Part shown: positions 56,488 through 64,000 of the stretch, in pieces
Layout: every line of letters starts with the position of its first letter
Numbering within the stretch: the first letter of the stretch is position 1
Source of the DNA: Candidatus Micrarchaeota archaeon
GTDB taxonomy: Archaea; Micrarchaeota; Micrarchaeia; Anstonellales; Bilamarchaeaceae
DNA length: 64,000 nucleotides
Direction of reading: 5' to 3'
Assembly (NCBI GenBank): GCA_038046805.1
Contig: JBBSVO010000006.1
Location: 196,452-260,451, forward strand
The notes under the pieces: model-generated
The model's database searches: none
The model's input: the letters and a program-made list of their open reading frames with translations, nothing else
What the model was told of the DNA's origin: nothing
Translations under genes and position numbers: made by a program

Positions 56488-58215
56488 ATGGGCCTTGACG
56501 AGCTTCTCATTACAACCGGAGTTGACGCGCTAGTTCGTCTTATTAAGGAAAAAGGTATGATTGAACTTTCTTTAGCTGCGCAGCTTTTGAATATTGATGC
56601 CGTTACTATTGAGGACTGGGCACACACACTCGAGGAAGAAGGAATAATAAAAATAGAATATCATCTCACAAAGGTCTATTTAGCATGGGTTCAGCCTTCT
56701 GCAGAGGAAATTGAAAAGGAAAAAATCTCTATCACAAAAGGAAAGCAGGAAGTGATGCAGGAGATCGCAATTCTCAGAGAAAAGATTGCCCCCCAGGGAA
56801 AGGAACTCCGGGATCTGAAGACCGAGTTTTCTGAAGTTTATAAAAAATTAAAGCCTGAAATGGAACGGCTTGGTAAATCCTTCAAGGACATCTCAGCCAC
56901 ACGGGAAAAAGGAGGAGAAAAGCTGATCAAACATCTTGAAAATCTTGACAATCTGCGTGCAGAGACAAATGGCCTTCAATCTGGCATAAATGATTTAAAA
57001 AAACAGATTTCTGAACTTTCCGAGCAATTTAAGGAGAAGTCCTCTGCAGAACCACGGATCGTTTCAATAAAAAAGATGCAAGCGTCTTTCGAAGAACTAG
57101 GTACTGATCTCGCAAGCGTTCGCAAGACTGTTACCTCTCTTGCAAAGACAAGTCAAAAACCGCCAGTGCAACATGATGAAATGAAGAAACTAGCTGCTTC
57201 AATCAATGAACAATTGGCTGCTTTGAAGAAGTCCATCGCAGAAACCCGGGGGTATGCAACAACAATAAAGGATGGCGTCGAACTTGTTGCTTTGACTGAT
57301 CAAGCTTTCAAAGAACGTTCTGATCGCATTTTACAGGCAAAAAAGGATGCCGAATCATTGCTAACTACGTTTGAAGAGTTGAAAGTGCGCAGTACTCTGC
57401 TTTCTGAGAAAATGCATGAAGATGCCGAGGCTCTGTCCCAATTATCCGAATCTGTTTCATTTGCCCATGGTAAGGGAGCTGGAAAGCAAATTTCACCGAG
57501 TGATCTCGACAAGAAACTTGTTGCTATGGAGGAAACAGAAGCAAAACTTGCTGCAAAGCTGGCTGCACTTGAGCAGGCCATGTCTTATGTTCCGAAAGAA
57601 GGGGGCGTTTCAAAAGAAGAAGTGGAAGAACTCCTGAAGACACTTGATGAAAAGAAGAAAATCCTTTCAGGTGAGATCGCGGAATTATTCAGTGCAGTAG
57701 AAGAGGAAAGCGGCACATATACGACATTCCAGAAGATAAAGGAACGCGCGCTTTCATCTCTGGAAGAATATTCCACCAAACTTGAAAAACTGAGTACCTC
57801 TATAAAATCCATTTCAGAAGAAACAGGTAAAATCGAAAAAGAAGCGGAATCCAGTTTTGAAAAATTAAAAGGAACTGTCGGTGTCAAGGACGTAGAAGGC
57901 ATTCTTTCTTCAGGAGAAAAACTAGTGGAAAAACAACATTTACTCGATGATATGGCAGAATCTATAGACGCACTTATTACAGAAGCGGATAATGTCTCCA
58001 AACATCTTAGCCTTCTTGCCAAGGAAGCGGAGTTAGTTTCTTTACGTGAGAGTGGAGTAGCTCCACCCTCTTCGCTTTCCTCAACCGGAGGAAAAGTACC
58101 GACCCAGGATGAACTTGTAACTAATCTTTCGCTTACAAATAATGAACAAAAAGACTTTGAAAAGAAAAGAGAGGAGCTAAGGAATCTCATTAAAAAGTTG
58201 TGGGAAGAAGGTTAA
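56488..58215 (+). CDS. Long coiled-coil protein with N-terminal wHTH
   Basis: ITTGVD.LV.LI...AAQLL...IEDWAHTLEEEGII, then about 480 aa of heptad-like pattern. Confidence 0.7.
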   Translation: MGLDELLITTGVDALVRLIKEKGMIELSLAAQLLNIDAVTIEDWAHTLEEEGIIKIEYHLTKVYLAWVQPSAEEIEKEKISITKGKQEVMQEIAILREKIAPQGKELRDLKTEFSEVYKKLKPEMERLGKSFKDISATREKGGEKLIKHLENLDNLRAETNGLQSGINDLKKQISELSEQFKEKSSAEPRIVSIKKMQASFEELGTDLASVRKTVTSLAKTSQKPPVQHDEMKKLAASINEQLAALKKSIAETRGYATTIKDGVELVALTDQAFKERSDRILQAKKDAESLLTTFEELKVRSTLLSEKMHEDAEALSQLSESVSFAHGKGAGKQISPSDLDKKLVAMEETEAKLAAKLAALEQAMSYVPKEGGVSKEEVEELLKTLDEKKKILSGEIAELFSAVEEESGTYTTFQKIKERALSSLEEYSTKLEKLSTSIKSISEETGKIEKEAESSFEKLKGTVGVKDVEGILSSGEKLVEKQHLLDDMAESIDALITEADNVSKHLSLLAKEAELVSLRESGVAPPSSLSSTGGKVPTQDELVTNLSLTNNEQKDFEKKREELRNLIKKLWEEG

Positions 58216-58252
58216 TCTGACATACGATTATTTATTACATAAGGTGATCCTG

Positions 58253-59854
58253 ATGGCAAAAGGCGATGAAAAAGAAAATAAACTTGTGGAATCAATAAAA
58301 GAGGGTATTGAAGAAGGCGAAGAAAGCGAAGGCTCAAAAAAGCCAGATTACCAAACGCGGGAATCTGTCAGAAAAACTTCTGCTTTATTGACTTATTATT
58401 CATTTTCCAGCGAAGGCATTCCGGTTGATGTCCGCATCACAAAAAAGGCGGATTTTGTTCCTATTTATGAGGTTACAATTCAGGGAATTGCCGAAGGTAC
58501 GAAGCTTATACTGGAAACAAAACTTCGCGCAGAACTTATTTCCGAAGTCAAACTCGATATAAGTGAAATACTTGATCCTAAACGGTTTGCAGATGTAAAG
58601 AAAAAATTCCTCGATGCCGCCGTGCGCATTCTTCAGAGAAATTTCCCAAGTCTTCCTGCAGATAAGATGAATTCACTGGCAGTATATCTTCTCCAAAACA
58701 CGCTTGGTCTCGGCGAACTTGAAATTCTTTTGTCAGATGAATTGCTTGAAGAAATTGCAATAAACAATTCCCGTGATCCAATCTGGATTTATCACAAAAA
58801 ATTCGGTTGGTGCAAGACAAATCTTCGCGTAAAAAATGAGGAAATGATTTACGATTACGCGTCTATGATCGCACGAAAGGTTGGAAGGCAGATAAACGTT
58901 CTCAACCCAATGCTTGATGCGCATCTTCCGACCGGAGACCGTGTGAACTCAACAGTGTTCCCCATCTCCCAGTTCGGAAATACACTCACGATACGAAAGT
59001 TTTCGAAAAATCCATGGACAATAACGAACCTCATCCGTTCCAAAACCGTTTCTCCCGAGGTTGCAGCGCTTATCTGGATATGTATCCAGAATGAACTTTC
59101 ACTTATTGTTTCGGGCGGAACCGGTAGCGGTAAAACCTCATTTTTGAATGCAATGGCAGGGCTTATTCCCGCGAATCAGCGTATAATCAGCATAGAAGAT
59201 ACGCGCGAGCTTACGCTCCCATCTTTCCTTCATTGGATTCCGATGAACACAAGAGAAGCGAATCCAGAGGGGAAAGGAGAAGTTACAATGCTTGATTTGA
59301 TGGTTAATGCACTAAGGCAAAGACCCGATAGAATCCTAGTCGGAGAAATCCGCAGACAGCGCGAAGCTGAGATTCTATTCGAGGCAATGCACACGGGCCA
59401 TAGTGTTTATGCAACACTTCATGCAGATAATTCCGAGCAGACGATCTCTAGATTGCTCAATCCTCCGATAAACATTCCAAAAGAAATGCTTGACGCGCTT
59501 GCCGGGATTGTTGTTCAATTCCGCCACAGGAGATTTAACATAAGGCGCACGATTGAATTTTCAGAAATGCTCAAAAACGGGAACCTCAATACAATGCACC
59601 GATGGGATGTAAAAACAGATAAAGTGAAAAACATTGCGAAATCCGAGAGGATAAATGAACTTCTTTCGCTTTACTCTGGAATGGACGATGCAGAAATAGA
59701 TGCTGACCTTGCAGAAAAAACAGACATACTGAACTGGATGGTCAAAAACGGTTATGAGGGCGTAGATGAAGTAGGGGCAATAGTTTCGCAATATTATCTT
59801 GACCCTGATTTGGTTGTTGATGCGTGCAAGAAGGGCGCAAAGTGGCAGTTTTAA
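58253..59854 (+). CDS. Type IV pilus / type II secretion ATPase (CpaF/TadA/FlaI family)
   Basis: TIRKF, Walker A GGTGSGKT, SIEDTREL, LRQRPDRILVGEIR, AMHTGH...TLHA. Confidence 0.95.
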   Translation: MAKGDEKENKLVESIKEGIEEGEESEGSKKPDYQTRESVRKTSALLTYYSFSSEGIPVDVRITKKADFVPIYEVTIQGIAEGTKLILETKLRAELISEVKLDISEILDPKRFADVKKKFLDAAVRILQRNFPSLPADKMNSLAVYLLQNTLGLGELEILLSDELLEEIAINNSRDPIWIYHKKFGWCKTNLRVKNEEMIYDYASMIARKVGRQINVLNPMLDAHLPTGDRVNSTVFPISQFGNTLTIRKFSKNPWTITNLIRSKTVSPEVAALIWICIQNELSLIVSGGTGSGKTSFLNAMAGLIPANQRIISIEDTRELTLPSFLHWIPMNTREANPEGKGEVTMLDLMVNALRQRPDRILVGEIRRQREAEILFEAMHTGHSVYATLHADNSEQTISRLLNPPINIPKEMLDALAGIVVQFRHRRFNIRRTIEFSEMLKNGNLNTMHRWDVKTDKVKNIAKSERINELLSLYSGMDDAEIDADLAEKTDILNWMVKNGYEGVDEVGAIVSQYYLDPDLVVDACKKGAKWQF

Positions 59855-59855
59855 T

Positions 59856-59935
59856 TGGCATTGAGCCTTGGGAGTGAGCTTTGAGCCATTGGCCCACGGC
59901 CCATCGCCCACTGCTCACAGCTAAATGGTGGCTAA
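59856..59935. repeat. Inverted heptamer repeat tract
   Basis: tgagcct tgggagt gagcttt gagccat / tggccca cggccca tcgccca ctgctca cagctaa. Confidence 0.7.
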
Positions 59936-59938
59936 AAA

Positions 59939-61927
59939 ATGGCTGAAACAGCGTCGTTTGATGATTTGGTAGTTTCCGTGCGCAGAATAGAGTCTACTGC
60001 ACTTCCAAAATCTGACTTTCCTGAAAAAATAGATGCACGGAGAGTACTCGAATTTTCCCCAACGAAATTTTTAGACCAGGGATATCATGAAATTTTGAAT
60101 GACTATTCTGTAATTCAGAAGATTATCTCTACGTCAAAGCTTGATATTTTTACTTCTGGGGCAGGAGGAGAAAGAAAAGTCCCGCAGATGCAAACAATGG
60201 AAATAGAGTCAAAAGTAAAAGAAATAACTTCTGCGGCACTTGAAAGCAGGATGAAACTCGAGGAAGTCACTGTACCACCCCCAATAGAAGAATTTGAGGC
60301 TGAAAAAGGAGCAGAAAAAGTATCCTTAGAAAAACCCCAACCCACGAAGCCCTCTAAATCTCCGTCGGCTATGTTGTTCGAATCGGATTTTGACAAGGAA
60401 TTGGAATCTGAATTTAAGCTTGAAGTTGAAAAAGAAAAAACCATCTCATTTGAAGAAAAACCCGTAGAAGCGTTGGGTAAGGAAGCGAAAAAGTCCGGGA
60501 AACCGGAATTTGAAGGTTTTGGGAGTGAAAAAGAGGAAGTTGTTGCCCCGCAATTTGAAGTTGAAACCGAAACAAAGGACGAAGCGCAAAAGAAAACTGA
60601 AAAAGAATTGAAGCCAACCAAGCTCACATTGCCCGTTCCAGAAGAAAAGGAGATTGAAAAACCATCAGAAGAATCTTTGCCTGAAAAACAGCTAGTTGAG
60701 GAAGTTCATCCAGAACTAAAGCATGCGGAACCAAAGGTACCTCCGCTTTTGTTGCAACGTTCTGAGCAAGCCGGAGCCCAGCATTTTGAAAAAATGGAAG
60801 AGCACTTCAAATCAGAGTGGGGCGCGGGAATGAGCGAATCAGATATTCGAAAAAAGATGGTAGAACTTACGCGAGAGCTTTTCAAGGAAAAATCAACTGT
60901 TCGTAAAGAGGAGCTGAAAGCGCAGATTGTGATGTTAAAAGGTATGCTTGGAAAAGGAGAAGGGGCCGTCGTGGCACCAGCGTCTGTCGCTGTCTTAAAA
61001 TCGGAAAAAGAAGAAAAAGAAACTGAAAAGCAGGATAAAAAGGCAAGGGCATTGGCTGCCCTGCGAGCCTTAAAAGAAAGGCGCAAGGGCGGTGCTGGAA
61101 AAGAAATTCCAATGGCTCCAGAATCTGCGGCAGTGGCAAAGCCAAGCTATTCCACAGGATTGCTGGAAACTGTTTCAAACACCCAGCGCGTAGAACTAAC
61201 CTCTGCCAAAGAGAATGTTCTTTCATCATTTTCATCGAAAATCCAGGAATTTAAGGATCAATTTAATTCTTCAGTTGCTGCATTGGAGGAAGATGAACGT
61301 GAAGAAGGCAAAAAGAAGGCCTATGATAAATTCATCTTCAGTCTCACCGCTTTGAAGAATCAGCTCCCGGCATTTTCAGCAAAATTTGAGTCATTTGTTG
61401 CCAAAAAACATTCTTCCGAGCTCGGGAAACTTAAGGAATCTGTTGAAAAAGAAGATCCAAAGGGCGCGACGGCCGTTTCCGAAAAAATATCCACACTTCA
61501 AAAAATATATGCAGACGAATTTGAAAATGTCCGCGATATCATCTCGCGAAATATAGATTCGGTTATAGATTCAATGGGTCCATTCGTATTTGCTGCAAAA
61601 GAAGAAGTAAAGGAAAAAGAAGAGCCTGCGCAAAAAGAGGAAATTTCGGGAAAGAGTGAAACCAAACCCAAAGAAAAGAAACCCGAAAAATCGGAAAAAC
61701 AAGAAAAACAGGAAAAGTTTGAATCGGAAGACGTCCTTCGTGAGATCGAGGGTATGGATGACGGCAGTTTGCTATACTATCTCCATTCCACTGATAAAGA
61801 AACCTATCGTCAATACGAGCGCAAGCATATATCCAAACACGAGGCGGTTTTCAAGGCAAAGAGATTGATTGCCAAGGAACGTGGCATGAGTGCGGTTCAA
61901 CTCGCAAAATATTTCGGAAAAGGTTAG
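59939..61927 (+). CDS. Hypothetical highly charged helical protein within the pilus locus
   Basis: 662-aa E/K-rich ORF between the ATPase and TadC genes. Confidence 0.7.
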   Translation: MAETASFDDLVVSVRRIESTALPKSDFPEKIDARRVLEFSPTKFLDQGYHEILNDYSVIQKIISTSKLDIFTSGAGGERKVPQMQTMEIESKVKEITSAALESRMKLEEVTVPPPIEEFEAEKGAEKVSLEKPQPTKPSKSPSAMLFESDFDKELESEFKLEVEKEKTISFEEKPVEALGKEAKKSGKPEFEGFGSEKEEVVAPQFEVETETKDEAQKKTEKELKPTKLTLPVPEEKEIEKPSEESLPEKQLVEEVHPELKHAEPKVPPLLLQRSEQAGAQHFEKMEEHFKSEWGAGMSESDIRKKMVELTRELFKEKSTVRKEELKAQIVMLKGMLGKGEGAVVAPASVAVLKSEKEEKETEKQDKKARALAALRALKERRKGGAGKEIPMAPESAAVAKPSYSTGLLETVSNTQRVELTSAKENVLSSFSSKIQEFKDQFNSSVAALEEDEREEGKKKAYDKFIFSLTALKNQLPAFSAKFESFVAKKHSSELGKLKESVEKEDPKGATAVSEKISTLQKIYADEFENVRDIISRNIDSVIDSMGPFVFAAKEEVKEKEEPAQKEEISGKSETKPKEKKPEKSEKQEKQEKFESEDVLREIEGMDDGSLLYYLHSTDKETYRQYERKHISKHEAVFKAKRLIAKERGMSAVQLAKYFGKG

Positions 61928-61958
61928 TTTTATAAAACTCCAATACAAAGGTGTTTCA

Positions 61959-62834
61959 ATGGTTGCTAGAAAATTCATTCCTGCCCAGGAACGGCAAAGA
62001 AAATATAATCCGTTTACTCCTATTGCAGAGCTTTTGCTTCCATATTTTCCGGATTTGAAAAAGAAATTGATCGGAGGACAGATCCAGCAGTCACCTATCG
62101 AATTTCTCGAAAGAGCGGCAATGTCTACGAGTTTTCTCTCAATAGCGCTTATCATTCTCACTGTTATGTTTTTTGTGCGAACAAATACATCTCTATTTTT
62201 CATTATTCCTTTTTTAGTCGTATATCCGTTTCTCACATTCAATTTTATGATGCTTTATCCTGATGCTTATCTAAAGAAAAGGCAAAGGGAACTAGATCGG
62301 GACATAGTATTTGCAGGAAGACACCTGGTAATTGCTCTCCGCTCCGGAATGCCGCTTTTTGATTCAATTGTCGGTGTGTCCTCTGGCCATGGAGAAGTTA
62401 GCAAGGAATTCAATTCTATTGTTGAAAGGGTTACGATCGGTACTCCTCTCTCACAGGCAATCCGCGAGGTTGCTCAGAACAACCCCTCAAAGTCTTTTGT
62501 TCGCCTTACAATGCAGATAAACAATGCCCTTTCTTCTGGTGCTGATGTTGCAAGTTCCATGGATGCAGTGCTTGATCAAATTTCAAAGGAGCAGATGATC
62601 GATCTAAAAGAATATGGGCAAAAACTTACCCCGATGGTAATGTTCTTTATGATATTCGGGATTATCATGCCATCGCTTGGCGTTGCATTTGCGATAATCC
62701 TGTTCTCGTTGATAAGTGGTGGGAAAGTTGGAATAACTTCTTCGGTTCTAGTGCTTGTGTTTGCGCTTATAGCCGTAGTTCAGTTCTTGTTCCTGGCAAT
62801 GGTGGAGAATTCAAGACCCAATTATGTAGTTTAG
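61959..62834 (+). CDS. Type II secretion system F (TadB/TadC) membrane protein
   Basis: LRSGMPL, GEVSKEF, NPSK.F, SGADVA, KEYG.KL, plus TM helices. Confidence 0.9.
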   Translation: MVARKFIPAQERQRKYNPFTPIAELLLPYFPDLKKKLIGGQIQQSPIEFLERAAMSTSFLSIALIILTVMFFVRTNTSLFFIIPFLVVYPFLTFNFMMLYPDAYLKKRQRELDRDIVFAGRHLVIALRSGMPLFDSIVGVSSGHGEVSKEFNSIVERVTIGTPLSQAIREVAQNNPSKSFVRLTMQINNALSSGADVASSMDAVLDQISKEQMIDLKEYGQKLTPMVMFFMIFGIIMPSLGVAFAIILFSLISGGKVGITSSVLVLVFALIAVVQFLFLAMVENSRPNYVV

Positions 62835-62839
62835 GTGAA

Positions 62840-63901
62840 ATGACTATGGCCGTACGCTCATCTTTCTTTGAAATCTTCGGAAGGCTCTTATCCAGAGAGC
62901 AGATACGCGGCATAAGCAAGCACCTTTCAGCAGCAGGCATAGAATACTCGGCAGAGGCATTTGCAGGATACTTTGTCCTTAACGTGGTTATTCTCACTCT
63001 TTTACTTGCATTTTCCATTTGGTATGTTCCTTCTCTCAATAAACTGGTGTTCGGCCTTGTTCTTGTCGTACTGCCAACTGCATATGCAGAAGTTGTTGCA
63101 ATAATGTCTGTGATGCTCGCAGTGTTCGTAGTATTTTTTGTTCTATTCTTCGTTCTGTCCTCTGTTCTTATAGTTATGACCGAAGCGCGCAGAAAGGCAC
63201 TCGAAGCAGCACTTCCAGACTTTCTCATGCTTGTTGCAGCGAACATCCGCGCAGGAATGCCGCTTGATCAGGCGATGTGGTATTCTGCAAAACCGGATTT
63301 TGGTTTAATCTCAACAGAAATAAAAAGTATAATCAAAAAATCATTCAGCGGAAGTTCTCTTTCATCAGTGCTTGACGAGCTTTCTGAAAGATTTGATTCA
63401 AAGGTTTTTGCAAGAACTGTCTCATTGATAAAACAAGCATCTAATACTGGTGGAGAGCTTTCAGAAATACTTGAACGCACTTCTCAGGATGCGCGCAATG
63501 CGCTTTTAATGAAAAAGGAAATCTCCGCCTCTCTAGTGCTATACGAAATTTTTGTATTCTTTTCCGCTGCGATAGGAACTCCATTCCTGTTTTCAGTTTC
63601 ATCAAAACTTATCGGAGTTCTTGAAAAGGCATTTACCTATCTCCCAGCCACAAAAACATCTGTACAGCAATTTTCATTCTTCAAGCCAGTTGCCCCACTG
63701 GTTACTTCAACGGAATTTTATTATTTCACCTTGGCAGCCCTGCTTGTAACAGCAATCTTCTCATCATTCATCATAGGTGTGATTCGCACAGGTTCAAAGA
63801 ACGAGGGAATCAAATTCCTTCCGTTTGTTGCGGTGAGCGCGTTTATAGTTTATTTCATTGTGTCCACGCTTTTGGACACGTTCTTTTCAAGTATTTCTTG
63901 A
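62840..63901 (+). CDS. Type II secretion system F (TadC) membrane protein
   Basis: LPDFL...AANIRAGM...A......FG...E, TGG.L..IL, plus TM helices. Confidence 0.9.
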   Translation: MTMAVRSSFFEIFGRLLSREQIRGISKHLSAAGIEYSAEAFAGYFVLNVVILTLLLAFSIWYVPSLNKLVFGLVLVVLPTAYAEVVAIMSVMLAVFVVFFVLFFVLSSVLIVMTEARRKALEAALPDFLMLVAANIRAGMPLDQAMWYSAKPDFGLISTEIKSIIKKSFSGSSLSSVLDELSERFDSKVFARTVSLIKQASNTGGELSEILERTSQDARNALLMKKEISASLVLYEIFVFFSAAIGTPFLFSVSSKLIGVLEKAFTYLPATKTSVQQFSFFKPVAPLVTSTEFYYFTLAALLVTAIFSSFIIGVIRTGSKNEGIKFLPFVAVSAFIVYFIVSTLLDTFFSSIS

Positions 63902-64000
63902 ATATACAAAACCAACCAAGTAATTCCGAGTGTTGACTTTGGAATTTCAGAGAGGGTTTTGTATAGATTGACCGACAAATCGGCGCACCGATTTGTGGTC

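Noticed and set aside
56488..58215. SMC/Rad50 assignment for the coiled-coil protein
   Set aside because: No Walker A/B, signature motif, hinge or zinc hook.

Overview
Archaeal chromosomal segment, most likely from a DPANN lineage such as Micrarchaeota. This is an inference from the archaeal information-processing genes, a Methanococcales-type S-layer gene, class III signal-peptide pilins and multi-intron tRNAs. Core genes include rnz, rpl40e, ssb, rtcA, psmA, pyrH, lig, ftsZ, mre11, trm1, truD, feoB, metG, fen, mbf1, rps8e, cgi121 and a type IV pilus ATPase/TadC locus. They are interspersed with three toxin-antitoxin-like pairs and several orphans. Most notable: (1) all three tRNA genes, none visible in the ORF track, are split by multiple introns (Thr-UGU 2, Ile-GAU 2, Leu-CAA 3, one of about 205 nt in the T-loop); (2) a dispersed covarying double-hairpin element (GACC..GGTCC..CGGAC) occurs four times, once inside a tRNA intron, alongside heptamer repeat tracts and in-frame palindromic insertions in lig and rtcA; (3) a methanogen-type SerRS paralog lacking its tRNA-binding domain is translationally coupled to a radical SAM enzyme, divergent from a TrmB regulator; (4) a tandem non-coding motif lies upstream of rtcA. 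No CRISPR array, rRNA or transposase was seen. All calls are by eye, with no database search.
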